A stretch of DNA of 63,366 nucleotides, filler included, from Rhabdomonas costata (lineage: Eukaryota): NCBI GenBank assembly GCA_019059605.1. It is 51 parts of 51 records of this genome, joined end to end, with 100 filler letters (N's around TTAATTAATTAA, not from the genome) between each part and the next. Parts side by side here need not be neighbours in the genome. Positions count along the whole stretch, not along the records: positions 1 to 1,145 come from JAHMHO010026404.1; positions 1,246 to 2,390 come from JAHMHO010026405.1; positions 2,491 to 3,635 come from JAHMHO010026406.1; positions 3,736 to 4,880 come from JAHMHO010026407.1; positions 4,981 to 6,137 come from JAHMHO010026408.1; positions 6,238 to 7,383 come from JAHMHO010026409.1; positions 7,484 to 8,628 come from JAHMHO010026410.1; positions 8,729 to 9,873 come from JAHMHO010026411.1; 43 more parts are not named here. The stretch is one strand, 5' to 3'. The translations under genes were made by a program, and so were the position numbers. This document shows positions 1 through 12,946 of the stretch, in pieces (position 1 is the stretch's first letter; each line of letters starts with the position of its first letter). The notes beneath the pieces are model-generated. The model made no database searches. It saw nothing but the letters and a program-made list of their open reading frames with translations, and was not told where the DNA came from.

Positions 1-1145
1 TGTGGTTGTTTCATAATTTTCTTGATCTCACTCGAGTTGGAATGTTTTCCCACATTGATTGTAAATGTTGGCGATTCCTCTGCTTCACTGGGTTTTTTTC
101 AGCTAGAACGTGGCATGTATCTTACGTTTGTCTGGGGCTCTCATTGGTGGTGCTTTCACTTTTTGTGGGAGTCGCATTTTTGAAAAGAATAATGTGGTGA
201 AAAACACTTTTCACCACATTCAGGCGAAATCTGATGGCGCAAATTTGCAGACTATTGGTGGCGCATAGGGTGCACGTGTGGCTCGCAAGGGATCTCTGGG
301 AAAAAGGAGGCTGTTGGTTCTTGGTGCTCACAACTTCTGGGATGTGGAGGAGTTTATCTGGGCTTGTCTTGCAGCTTATGCACTTCCACCAAAAAGGAAG
401 ACTGTGAAGTGGAACGCGACCGCACACACGCGATATCATGTGTTTACGACCTCTACCATCATCTTCACATCTGCTGGTGCCTGGTGCCTCGTGTCATCCG
501 CGGCTCTGGTCTGAGGTTCGGCTGTGATTCTGCTGTGGCACCTCCTGCGCAAAAAACAATTATAGGAGAAACGATACTAAAAAATTATAAAAGTGATCCT
601 TTTGATTTACAGCATTTCCGGAATCACAAAATTTCCAAAAACCTAATCAAAGTACCTATCTGTAATTGGCGTTCAAGAACACCAAGGTGGTCAGGACAAA
701 ATCCCCATAAATCTGCCTGGCACGTGGTGTGCAACCTTCTTCTCCCGAAACTCTAGAACTCGATTTGTATTTACTACTACCTACTTCCACATGGCTTCCA
801 TCCATTGGTCTGGCTCTTGACATTGCCTAATTTCAAAATTCCAAAAGGACAGCCGGTTATGGGCGCTGAAGGAACAGCCCCGACCCACCCCAAGGAGCAA
901 GGAGGGAGGAGGGAAAAAACAAAAGAATAGAGCAGAAGAAAAAACGATAACATTCCGTAATGTATGTTTAAGGTTTTCCATGTTGTTTTCTTTTCAATGG
1001 TTGGGGTGATTGTCTTGGAAGCATGAAGCTGGGAAAATGCGCCTTTTTATTGTAGCGATTGGGTTTTCTTTCGCGTTATGTTTCGGTTTTGGTTTTCTTT
1101 TGTGTTTTGGATTGGTTCTGTTTCTGTTTTGGGTTATTTGTCTGG

Positions 1146-1245
1146 NNNNNNNNNNNNNNNNNNNNNNNNNNNNNNNNNNNNNNNNNNNNTTAATTAATTA
1201 ANNNNNNNNNNNNNNNNNNNNNNNNNNNNNNNNNNNNNNNNNNNN
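1146..1245. other. Artificial contig spacer N44-TTAATTAATTAA-N44 (first of 50, about every 1245 bp)
   Basis: Identical 100-bp block with six-frame stops recurs throughout; the flanking contigs are unrelated and nearly equal in length. Confidence 0.99.
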
Positions 1246-2282
1246 GGGTTTGGGGAGTCCGCTCGTAACTTCACCACCGTTATCTCCAAGCCATTAACTG
1301 AAGACACGGAGATTGCAGATGTCTGCGTGCACATCGGAGTGTTTAAGCCAGTTACATAGCTCCATATTTTCACTTTATACTCCTCAAAGCCACGCAATCC
1401 ATGCTAGATCTTAATCTCAACTGCACTGCCTGCATGAATCTGCTGTAAATTAGCAAGTCGCTGTTTAGACACGTTCTAGTGCTTCTTCAAAATCAGAAAT
1501 ACTATTCATACCTATCTAAAAATGATGCATTCACGCACAGCTATTAAATGAAGTCTTAGCAGGATATTTATACAGAATAGATGACGATCTTTTCTTCACA
1601 TTCATGTCGCACTGTTGACAATCCGACACAAACGTGTGTTTGGTCAATTCTTTATCAACTACTGCACACTTTTTTATAAACTACCCATTACATTACATTA
1701 AGAAACCACATAACAGTACTGTTACATTCACAAAACACATGCCTGTGAATAGAGCCATGCACATTGCCAAAATGCGTATAAATAATTGCCTTAACATCCG
1801 CTTCATTACAAAATTGGTCCAACGTTGAATCTTTGCATCTTCGGTCACTTTTGTCAGCAGTTTGAAGAACTCTAGCTGCTTCCATATTAGACATACAGCG
1901 CACATTTATGACACTGGAACCCATTCCGGAAAATAAATGTATATCTTCTGTCTAACATGATCACAATAATTAGATGCTGTGGAAATAATTGCCTCAGACA
2001 AGTGTGTCTTATGCAAGATAATTGCAGTGGCCTACAATGTAACAACTATGTATTGTGTGCCATCCAAACAAATTGCATGCACATCAGCTCCGCCTTCAAA
2101 TCCACACGAATTTTACTAAGCATAGATGAAGGCGCTGGACAATTCTAAACATCCCGCGTCGCAATACACACCTTAACAAAACTCTGATGTACCTGCAGAG
2201 CTTGCCAGGGAATATTGGAGGCCATCAGCGCTGCTAAGTACGCAAAACAGGCGCATATAGCGTCAACAGGTAAGTTATTCAT
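1246..2282 (-). pseudogene. Possible decayed F-box gene on an AT-rich contig
   Basis: ATG at 2282 begins MNNLPVDAICACFAYL (F-box-like LP..I...F.YL); the frame is then interrupted by TAG/TAA stops. Confidence 0.25.
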
Positions 2283-5200
2283 AGACATTTTTGATGTCAA
2301 AAGCCGCATCTTGCAAGACGTCTTTGTACAACACCACGTTCACGTTGTAAACCTGTGAGATGTACACAATAAAACACACACCCAACCACCNNNNNNNNNN
2401 NNNNNNNNNNNNNNNNNNNNNNNNNNNNNNNNNNTTAATTAATTAANNNNNNNNNNNNNNNNNNNNNNNNNNNNNNNNNNNNNNNNNNNNGGGTTTGGGG
2501 GATACTCTGGAGATTGATGCAGGCAAATACTGCCATCGACATGTTATTTTCACCCAGTCAGGGGATCAGAAGGTCAGTACTGATGGCTTGCCAAGTTTTC
2601 CAGCAGCCTGCACCCAGGTAAGAAACTCTAAGGACAGAAAGTCCCAGAAACAGAGGTTTTTCGGCCTTTCCTATGCATAGGGCCCTTCAAGTCAGCGAAG
2701 CTATTCCAAATATTTATTTTCAATCCTGCTTTCTCTAAGTAACTCTCCAGTTTACATGGGGGGGGGGCAATCTCCCGCCAATGGTGCCAAGGAAAAATTT
2801 GCTCGCATTGGTCACAAGACCATTCCACCAAAACGTGGATGAAATCCAAGTGTCTACTGGGATATGCCCAGCGATGTCCAGCAAGGTTATGATATAAAAC
2901 GTTATGGAGGATGGAACGTCTCCCGGAAAAAGTACTGCATTATGGCCTCAAGAGAAAAAGAAAAGTACAGTTCGAATAAAAAGCAAAACCCACGATGCAG
3001 TTGTACAGGATGCTCAGTTACCGTGTGGCAGGCCGTGACAAACTTCCACGCCACGACAGCGCCAAAGGTGGTGAACGCAGAGAGCTCAGGGTGCTGAGTG
3101 CTGAGGGTGCCCATCACCTTAGAGGAAATGGGAGGAGTGGGGAGAACGATAACGAGCATCACAATGAAAGGAAGCAAAAGCCTGCAAAGCGCCGTGTTTG
3201 AGCACTGCTACCTGTCAAGAAGCGCATGTCGCATACACGTGATATTGTCCGCTTCACTTCAACTGAGAAAAATTTTTTTTCCTGCGACATTTTCGGACTC
3301 TGATGAAAATAGAAGGCACGCAAAAAAACGTACTTAAAATGTTGATTCCTTCTATACCACAGGGGCTTTTTTCCTGTGCCGTGCCATGCCTTTTATTTAC
3401 CGTCAGAACTCTTAGTTTAACTATCTTAGCACATCACATGAGCATGCAAACAATAGACTTGCGCACAAAAAATACGTCTGAGTCGTTCCGAAAAATCAAG
3501 ATTCGCAACGTTCCAACTCTTGCCTTTGGCAAAAACAAAACAATACTCCTATTTTTATAATAGAAGCTCGTATTCCACAGCCATCGATATTTCTGATTCT
3601 CACGCACATATCACACACTTGATATCCCCCCACCCNNNNNNNNNNNNNNNNNNNNNNNNNNNNNNNNNNNNNNNNNNNNTTAATTAATTAANNNNNNNNN
3701 NNNNNNNNNNNNNNNNNNNNNNNNNNNNNNNNNNNGGCCTCGGTCGGAGTGGGTGGGCGTTTATGGGAGTGGACTCCGCGGTAGTTGCTGCTGTTGTCAT
3801 GTTTCACCAGTGTCTTCCTTCATTGACTGCTTGAAAGCTTTTGTTATTGTTCCTCCCTTCAACCTGTACTGTTTTCCCGCACTCACGTTCTCTACTCTTT
3901 GCCTCTGTGCGCGGCTAGACTTGTGTGTGTACAGCAAGGTGAATTATATTTCTGTAATAAACACGTTGTGGCCGGGATGAGACGCGGCTAACGTCGTGGG
4001 GAATATCTCCGGCCACGGTTGGGTGGTGCAGTTGTAGACGCGGTTCAGCGCACATTGCCATTTTCCAGCCACTGTGGCGAACACTGGGTGGGGCCATGGC
4101 CTGAGAAAGGCGGTCCAGGAGAAAGTGGTGGGGGCCTTGTCGGAGAAAATGGTTTACCAGGGAGAGATCCGGTGACCAACTTGGTCCTGATACCACCAAC
4201 TTTTTTGAAGGGCGAACCCCGGACCACGTTTAGTTCGGAAAGCGGCCCGATATATGAAGGGTAGCAGCCGTTCGATACTTTGAGGGGGACCTGCGTGAAC
4301 CACGCTGGTGGTAACATTTTCTGTCATTTTAAGGAATCCAATTTCTTTCTCCAGGCTCAAACTCACACGCAAAATTGTCACGAACTGCGCAGGGCGGCCA
4401 TTCTGACTTTTGAGTTGCCCAGAAGATGAAAAATTTGGACATTCAATGTTTATATGACAAACAAGTAAAAAGCAAGGACACCCATATCACCAGAAGTTCT
4501 GTTGTATTGTACGTGCTTTGTACGTGCGTCAGCTACTTCTTCAACCGTTTATCTGGTAGGACATCGGCTGCGGCAATGCGTAGGCTTTGTAAATATTGGC
4601 TTCGAGGAATGATCTCCGGAGCTCCAGTGCTGGTGAAGTGGATTGGATGTTGGTCGGCACGTCGGACAGGATAGAGGTTGTAAGCTCCCAACGGACAGAA
4701 TCCACCACTGCCGGTCTTGGCCATTAGTCGGCTCCAGAAACAGAGCTACTTCTCTGGCTGCAGCTTTTCGCCGTGTACCCATGGCTGAACTGCGAGCCGG
4801 ACCCCTCCAACCGCGCCCTGACCCGAGGCGTTGCCGGTCAGCAGGTCAGCCCGGAGGTTGCCATCCCCGGCTGGGCCGCTNNNNNNNNNNNNNNNNNNNN
4901 NNNNNNNNNNNNNNNNNNNNNNNNTTAATTAATTAANNNNNNNNNNNNNNNNNNNNNNNNNNNNNNNNNNNNNNNNNNNNGGGTTGTGGTAATCGCCCCT
5001 GCCCCCAATGTCTTTCGATTCAAGAATGCCCTATCACATGGCAAAACAAATGATAATAATTCGCCATCGCCAAAGCCAAGATTATTATGCCCACCCTGAT
5101 AGAAGGCTTGCCCCGAAGTAATTTCTTAGACATCCCCACCCCGCTCGCGCGCGTAGTGCTTGAGCGCTGTTTCATTTATTCCTCTTTGTTGTCCCCATAT

Positions 5201-5394
5201 TAGTTATTCACCTCCAGCAGAAGGGCGCTCTCGCCGATTGTGTTTGTAACCTCTTCTCAGCCATCATCTCAAGTTTCGCGACTGCTCAAATCCTCCTCTT
5301 CCAAATCAGTGGGTGGGTGTGTTTGTATGTGTGAGAGAGAGAAAGAGAAACGCGAGTTTTCCCAAAAAAAATTCGCCTTGGCCAAGTGCAAAAA

Positions 5395-5395
<1 letters not shown>

Positions 5396-5434
<39 letters not shown>
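5396..5434 (+). repeat. (GT)n microsatellite, continuous with the tail of interspersed element copy 1
   Basis: Perfect TG run directly abutting TTGGGCGCTTAGCGCG. Confidence 0.95.
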
Positions 5435-5435
<1 letters not shown>

Positions 5436-5592
5436 GGGCGCTTAGCGCGTTGGCTGTTGCTCGAATTACTCTTGGTGACCACTGTGGACTGACGGGCACT
5501 CGCGCTGTTTGCCATGGGTGGTAGTGAGAGGTACCGTTGGAGCGAGCCGTGCCGTGGGGTCCCGCATTACACATATGCACTTATGGCAACCT
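5431..5592 (-). mobile_element. Short interspersed element (SINE-like), copy 1
   Basis: Reverse complement reads CCCACGGCACGGCTCGCTCCAACGGTACCTCTC...GTCAGTCCACAGTGGTCACCAA...GCAACAGCCAACGCGCTAAGCGCCCAACACAC, collinear with 6882-7101 and about 34410-34625. Confidence 0.85.
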
Positions 5593-5666
5593 CCCTTCTG
5601 CTCCCTCGGGTCCCAAATCAGTGTGTCTTTGTGGATGGGTGGGTGTGGGTGTGGATGCCCTCGCAG

Positions 5667-5825
5667 GACCCGACGATGACTCAGCTGTCGTGCCTGCGGA
5701 TTCTGCGGAGCCTGAAGCTGGTGCGGAGGTACATCCCGCAGGCTCTCCTGCTGCACCTCCGTGGCGAGGAAGAGGAGGAGCAGCAACCGCCCGCACAGGC
5801 CACCTTCTCTCCCAGCGACAAGAAG
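5667..5825 (+). CDS. Internal exon, possibly the pre-catalytic linker of a receptor-type adenylate/guanylate cyclase
   Basis: cgcag| ... |gt, 53 codons, GC3-rich; LRSLKLVRRYIPQALL resembles the L..F..Y(L/V)P helix that precedes class III cyclase domains. Confidence 0.4.
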
Positions 5826-6785
5826 GTCTCCTTCCCTGCCCCCGAAACCTCACCCTGGTGGCTGCGATTTCAAAGTAGTCTCTCGCACATTACGGCTGTA
5901 CTCTAACACTCAGCGGGCTCGAAACCCCCTCACCTCAAGAAAATCGGGATGGATTCAAATACACTCCACTACCTCCGCTAACAGCAACCATGCCGCCATG
6001 GCAATCATGCTGCTGAATGAATGCAAAGGTCTCTCTGGATGCAGCGAACGCCCACTCAGCGGACTCGCTTTGGGGGGTGACTTCCGCGTCTTAGGAGGGC
6101 AATGGAGCGTACAAGAACGTGTGCGAGAGCCCCCGAANNNNNNNNNNNNNNNNNNNNNNNNNNNNNNNNNNNNNNNNNNNNTTAATTAATTAANNNNNNN
6201 NNNNNNNNNNNNNNNNNNNNNNNNNNNNNNNNNNNNNCTCGCTTTGCGGGCCGCGGGCTTATGTGCTGTGCGTGAAGGTGGGAACTCTGATGTTCTCCCG
6301 AGATATTGAAGCCCTCCCCCCGGTTGATTCTGGAGTTGCTGATTTTTTGGCTGCCGTTCAAATCGAAAAGTAAAGAGGTCAATGACCAGAAAGAAGTAAA
6401 AGTGAAAGGGAAGGGAAGGGAAGGTAATGCATTCCAAATGGGATGGGCAGCGGGTCGAAAGGCTGCAAAGATTTGGCGCGTTCCAAAAGTGCAATGGCTT
6501 GGGGATGAGTGAAGAGTGGAACGGTTGCCGGGCCGAAGGGTGGGGGGAAGGGGGCATGAATTCGGTCACCATAATCTGTTGGTGTTTTGCTCACCTTTCG
6601 TTCCGGGATGTCTCTCTTCCAGTTCTTGTAGCAGTGGTTGAAAAACCCAGATGGTTAGACTTTTTCTTTGGCCCAACTGTCGGTAGTGATTGCGGTGTTG
6701 GTGGGGCGGTGGTAATCACAATTGATTTAAATATTGCTCGTGACGGCCCTACCTTATAATCGACTGAGACCTCAATTCCAACGAC

Positions 6786-6868
6786 GCACACGCACACCCA
6801 CACGCACACGCACACGCACACGCACACGCACACGCACACGCACACGCACACGCACACGCACACACACA
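6786..6868 (+). repeat. (CACACG)n/(CA)n microsatellite
   Basis: Directly visible hexamer tandem array ending in CA repeats. Confidence 0.95.
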
Positions 6869-7121
6869 GCTCCCTTGGAGCAATGCAGGTAGCCGCTGGA
6901 AAAGAGCAGTTGCGCGACAATGGCCCGGGACCCGTTAGGTTACCAGATGTGGAACGTTTCGGTTTCCCACGGCACCGTTCGCTCCAACGGCACCTCTCGC
7001 GAGCACCCGTGGCCAACAGCGCTTGCGCCAGTCAGTCCACAGTAGTCACCAACAACCAAGCAACCAGTCAACCAGGCAACAGCCAGCGCGCAATGCGCCC
7101 AACACACAGCTCCCTTGGAGC
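6862..7121 (+). mobile_element. Short interspersed element (SINE-like), copy 2, with 20-bp target-site duplication
   Basis: ACACACAGCTCCCTTGGAGC at 6862-6881 and 7102-7121 flanks a 220-bp body homologous to copies 1 and 3. Confidence 0.88.
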
Positions 7122-9669
7122 TCTTAGGGCTGTGCCGCGCCCTTTTGAGTGTTCTGCTCTCCTGTTTTGGTGTTTTTGGGCGCGTTGTTCATACCACTGT
7201 TTGTGCTGGACACCACGACGGGCATTGGAGTTAGAGGATATGTACGTTGCCTATTCACGTACACACATACACACACACACACGGCTCACCGCTCACAGCG
7301 AAGACGGGGCCGACATGTGGGACCAACTTCTACTGCGGGGAGGACATCAAGCGGGACCCCACCACCGTGTGCCACCCCAAAAANNNNNNNNNNNNNNNNN
7401 NNNNNNNNNNNNNNNNNNNNNNNNNNNTTAATTAATTAANNNNNNNNNNNNNNNNNNNNNNNNNNNNNNNNNNNNNNNNNNNNGGGTGGGGGTAAGGTGG
7501 GCTAAGGGTGCACCTACTTCGGCATGCCCGGTACCCGTGACCCTCCATGACCAAAGATGCCAAGGTAGGGGTGCACCCCCGGGTAGACCTGACCTGGACC
7601 CCTCCTTGGGCTAAAGTTGGTTTTTTGGACAAATTCACAAAAGGCGAAAACGTTTAGCAGTGCTGATGTTTAACGTCCCCCCCCCCTAGAAAGGGGAATA
7701 AGAGCGATAGGTTTACTCATTTCGGCTCAAATCTTCACCCTGGGTGATTTCCGACATAGGTCCCCTTGTACCGGAGCCGGAGCCGGACCCAGACCTGACC
7801 GAGGACCTGACACGGGGACGTGTATTGAGCTCGACTGGCCAGTTTGGGCCGATAGTTGAAACGTTTCCTGAGCTGGGCTTGCTGGCAGCCTCCCAGACCG
7901 TGCACCTCTATGCCCAGTTGTGGCATCTTAAAGGGTGCATTTAAGACCTGGTCCCATAAAACAACCAACGGCAAAAGTATGCAAAAATAATGCCGGACGT
8001 TGACCGTGAGCATAATTTCAGAGTTTCCGTACAGGTGGCGGCCAACCGCAGATGGGGTGTCTCGTTCCGGTTGGATGATGTCCTCCCTACTTGCTGAAAA
8101 GGCATTCCCCTTTGCGTTGGTTTTCCAGTTCCATGTGGCGCATTCTCGGCAGAAATACTCTCAGTGGTTTTGTTGCACACCCGATGGCGAACGCTCCGCT
8201 GCAGTACTTTGAGAAGGAGCTGAATGGGCAGCTCAGCAAGACTGAATGGATTCTACTTTCCAAACTTACCCCCAAGGGAATCGCCAAGGTCAACGCTGAC
8301 GCCTCTCGAGGTTCTTATTTGGGGATAACCTTGACAGCTCAGGCCTCGGCGTTGTGCTGATAACCTTGTGCAATATCAGCAACCTCGTCTATCCGAAAAG
8401 CCTTTCCACTTTTGGTGTCATTTGACAACAGTCGATACTCTAGCGCGGTCTTCACGAGAAAACTACGGGCTAAAAACATGGGCGTGGACAAGATTGCGTC
8501 CAGATTGCGTCTGACTTCTGATTCTTGCTTCTTGTGCTTTTGCTTTGTGTTATCGGGAAGAGGCTAAAATGCTTGTGCAAAGTTGCTTCATCCTTGTTCG
8601 TCGCCTGATTCAGTACCCACCAACACCCNNNNNNNNNNNNNNNNNNNNNNNNNNNNNNNNNNNNNNNNNNNNTTAATTAATTAANNNNNNNNNNNNNNNN
8701 NNNNNNNNNNNNNNNNNNNNNNNNNNNNGGGGGTGTTGGCGTCTGGGTGCAGGAATAGGTGTGGTCGTGAATTGAGACTTTTCTGGTTGCATGAGTCGAG
8801 CATTGTTCTCCCTTCATAGACCCCCCGCTCACGCAACGCACAAGCACACACACATACACACATACTGCGGAGAAGTTAGCAAGAGGGCAGAAGATGGAGT
8901 TGTGGTTTTGGTCCATTTTCTTTTGCGACTTTTTTCCACTCGTAGGTGCGGCTTCTCTCGTCCGTTCATAGGGTATTGCGGTCGGACCTGCTGCTCTACG
9001 TGCTAATAAGGAGAGCACATGTGTAAAAATTGAGAAAAAAAGAGCGCGTACTCTTTCATTTTGTGTGTGTGTGTGTGCGTTTTATTTCGCCAATTTCGAG
9101 CTTGTTCCATTGCTGCTCTTTGAATTCTCTCTTTGTCGAGATTCCTTCATAGCCGTTATGTCAGTCTTTCTGTTTCAGGAAAGGACCAAGCAACTGCATC
9201 GGTCTCCTTCTTGAACTCCCCCTCCCCTCACCCAGGCTCAGAAACTGAGCTATTGCCATCGTATACGTCGATTCTTGCTAACCCACCTTGCTAACCCATA
9301 TGTCGCACCTGGCAAACGCCTCTTGACCTGCTCCCAAACTTTTTTCTCGTGCAGGCCCAGCGGAGATAACTTAAAATGAAGGCCCCACTTCAAGATGTCA
9401 TAACTGCCCGTAAGTATGAGGTTAAGTAGTACCTCCATCCCACCAAGTATGGGCCGCGGAACCGGGGAGTTTAGGTGCCATGCGACTCGTTGCTGGTACT
9501 CCGGTGTGTCTACCTAGTTCCGGCTATTTTCCGAGAGGCTTGGCACCACTCCATCGCGAACGAACGTTTGCTACGGAGAAGTGAACGTACGCGGATCTTT
9601 TTGTTCACGCTGTTTTCTTTGTTAAGCAGGCACTTTGCAGTTGAAGGCTGTATGTTTTCTTGATATACA

Positions 9670-9807
9670 ATGGCTGACGCGGAGATGGCTGCAGGCGGTT
9701 CAGGAGGCAATGCGGAAGAGGACGAGGAGGAGCTTCTGGTGCTGTTGGAGATCCCTTCGTTGGAGGGCCTGCCATGTTCGCTGAACGCCACTCCAGTCCG
9801 GGTGCTG
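9670..9807 (+). CDS. First exon of a TFIIIC subunit 6-like protein
   Basis: MADAEM...EEDEEELLVLLEIPSL...PVRVL|gtatgg resembles the acidic run, LVLVEL, then KVLG pattern of the TFIIIC_sub6 domain. Confidence 0.55.
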
Positions 9808-11692
9808 GTATGGAACGTTCCAATGCAAGTGCGCAAGCTCCCTCTGGTAGCTTCTTATAACTGACCCACCACCNNNNNNNNNNNNNNNNNNNNNNNNNNN
9901 NNNNNNNNNNNNNNNNNTTAATTAATTAANNNNNNNNNNNNNNNNNNNNNNNNNNNNNNNNNNNNNNNNNNNNTTGCCTGCTGCTTGACTGCGCCTTTGA
10001 CCCCCGCCCGCAAATTAAAGATGCGAAAAGATTTCCCAATTACGCGCAAAGACAACATACTTTCGTTAAAAATTATCCTCAAATTAACACGTACACAAAT
10101 AACTGCAGCATTTTTAGCACGCTCGGCAGGCAAAATTATTGGTTTGGATCAGCGATCATCAATTTTTGATCCAAATTTTGTTCCGATTCATAATTAATAC
10201 GAATTAAGACAAACGTAAGAAAACAACAGGGCAAGCCCGCACAAACGTTCCAATAGTTCATTAATTTCTTCAGAAAACGAAAACAACTATATGCGCTGCG
10301 CGGCATCACCAGAAACTTTTTACTAGATGGGGCACCGTGTACAGTTCTAAATTGAAAATTGTAATTATTTGTTGGGAAGGGGAAACAAAAGGGTAGCATA
10401 GCTCTCAAACGAGAGCCGCTAAGTGAAAACAGCCGCCCGTAGGAATGTCGTATGCACAAATTCGACATTCCTACCTCTTAACAGAAACACCAAACTCTTC
10501 AACCTCTTGCAGATTGCATGTGCCAGAAAACGTTAAGGTGATGCTGACGGAAAAACGTTGGTTAATAGTTTGTTCCAGATAAATCTGAGATAATGTTGAG
10601 TCTCTCACAGTCTGACTAAAAGAAGCAAGCACCACGAACTGAACGACGGTGAATGTGTGTGCAGGTCAGAGTTGTTTGATTTTTCTGCTGTTGTCCCTAG
10701 TGCAAGATACAAATAATTTTCTATAAAGTTCAACCGATCAAAAGTGGGAAGAGGGAGATTATTGAACCAGAATCGAAAATCATCATCTACACAACCCAGT
10801 CGTTGGTAATATTATCCTACTTTTACCATTTCCATCTGTAATCATCGGTAAACTTTAAACACACGCCAGTGAAGGGAACCCATAGGATATCCCTGGATCT
10901 GTTATCTGTTCTTTTGGCTGCTTGCGGTAGCTACAGCCTACGGTCTACAATACCAAGAAATTCCGATGCTCAAAGACGCCAAAGACCTGACTTTTTGGTC
11001 TCCTTCTCTTTCGTCTTCGTGTTCTGATGACTAAAAAAGTGCCTAATGGTCCCCAAAACATTTTGTTTTTGCACCGCTTGTCTTCATTTTTCTTTCCCAG
11101 GATGCAATTATGTCAGTGNNNNNNNNNNNNNNNNNNNNNNNNNNNNNNNNNNNNNNNNNNNNTTAATTAATTAANNNNNNNNNNNNNNNNNNNNNNNNNN
11201 NNNNNNNNNNNNNNNNNNTTTCGGGGAAGAACACGCGCGCGGCTTGGACTGTTCGGCTCGTGGCATCGTGGTGTTGCATACACAGAACCGTACCGGCAAA
11301 ATATGGGATGCAAATTCACAAAAATTCACATTTACTTATTTTCTACGACAGACTTTGACCACCATTTTTATAATCTCTCTATCGGTACGGTGGCGGGCAC
11401 TTCTTACTGTTGAGTTCAGGGTACGGCTGTTCCGGATGAAGATAGCCTTTTTTTTGCGCTTCGGCCTTTACTTGTGAAGAAGCAGGAGGAATAAGTGGGC
11501 TTATACGTGACCCTCGGCTCCCTCCCGGCCGAATACTGACTGATGCAAACGTTTCCCTAACGGTGTTAGCGGCAGGTACGGGGCAAAAAAACGCAATCAC
11601 GCCACAAAAAGAAAACAACCCATGCACACCGTTAAGAGTGGTATGAGCGTAATTGGGATGGTGAAAGGTGAAAAGTGGTGGGGTTCGCGTAC

Positions 11693-12363
11693 CAGAAAGC
11701 ACAAAGTCGTCCATGATACCGATCATGACGATGCAGAAGTCAAACAAGTTGGACCGAACCCGGAAGTATCTACAAAAATCCGCCCAAATCAGAGTGCTTC
11801 CGAAATTCTGCGCTAAAATAAAATACCCAACAACATTATCACCCAACAACAACATTTTCCACCCAAAACATTATGGCGTTGTACTTGGCATTGAAAAAAG
11901 ACACATAGAAAAGTGCAGCTTCACCTCCACCTCCGCTCGAAGCTGAATTACAGGCACGTGGCCCGTTTGTGCATCGCTTTTCCTCACATTCGTTTGTCGC
12001 CTCTTGAACAAGAACCACGCCAAAGTAAAAAGTAAAGGGAGGGGTTTCGCAAACCAGGGAAGAGGGAAAACTGCATAGAAGGATAATGGAGGACAACAGT
12101 GAAACGATGAGGCTTATAATGAGCACGGCATCCAAAAACGGACATACGTGAAAGGGCCGTCTCCGAGCAGTCGCAGCGTGGCCTCCGCGGCGAAAAGACA
12201 CGTGAACACCTTGTTCGCCATTCCAAGCTGGTCCAAGGTCTCCTGGTTCATTCCGTAGAACGGCACGGCCAGAGCCAGGATGTTCGCCACGATCGTCGAG
12301 ACGACGATGGCCTCAAAAAATCGATGGCGGATCACTGCCCTCACGAATCCCCGAAAACACACC
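11693..12363 (-). CDS. Voltage-gated Ca2+/Na+ channel-like protein, S1-S3 (exons 12363-12148 and 11769-11693)
   Basis: RFFEAIVVSTIVANILALAV...ANKVFTCLFAAEATLRLLGDGPFT|YFRVRSNLFDFCIV; the phase-2 GT-AG intron joins the exons in frame. Confidence 0.85.
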
Positions 12364-12784
12364 NNNNNNNNNNNNNNNNNNNNNNNNNNNNNNNNNNNNN
12401 NNNNNNNTTAATTAATTAANNNNNNNNNNNNNNNNNNNNNNNNNNNNNNNNNNNNNNNNNNNNGGTGTGGGGGGTGCGGAAACGCTGCCGAGTCTCCGGC
12501 ATTCATCAACTGCCGCCCTTGAACATTTCCGCACCTCCACACCTCTTCACACCTTGGCCCAACCTTTCCCGCACTCCCAAATAATTTCTCGTTTCTGGCA
12601 ACGCGAGGAGATTTGTTTTGGGTCACTGGTCACGGAAGAGTTTTGTGTCTTTCATGTGCGAAACAAGCAGCAAACTTTTGGTCTTGTAAAACTGGCTGCA
12701 AAGATATGCTGCAGCGTTATTTTTTGCTGCAAATTTAAGGATAAAATCTGTGTAATATAAAGCAGAAACAAAATCCCCTCAAAC

Positions 12785-12946
12785 CAGTCTGGCGGTCTTT
12801 TCCATGTGCAACAGGGAGTCCAGAGCATCCTGAGTTCTTCCTGAGGAAACAAAAAGCTCAGCTTGTTTAACAACTTCATCTGTTTTTTCACTGTAATCTT
12901 CCTGTTTTTGATAAATCCCAGTTTTCCATTCGCGCTCGTCTGCCAT
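12785..12946 (-). CDS. RPN5: First exon of 26S proteasome lid subunit Rpn5/PSMD12
   Basis: MADEREW...KQEDYSEKTDEVVKQAELFVSSGRTQDALDSLLHMEKTARL|gt matches the Rpn5 N-terminus (DYS...D.....L.....A...LL.LEK..R). Confidence 0.85.

Noticed and set aside
1900-2282. In-frame TAG codons suggesting stop-codon reassignment
   Set aside because: They occur only in decayed or mobile sequences that also have TAA stops and frameshifts. Host exons have no internal stops, and TAG terminates genes at 29345 and 53241.
7484-8628. Broken coding-like sequence here and on contigs 1-1145, 2491-3635, 3736-4880, 46052-47195, 51027-52170 and 59735-60878
   Set aside because: Possibly old transposon debris, but I recognise no diagnostic motif, so no call is made.
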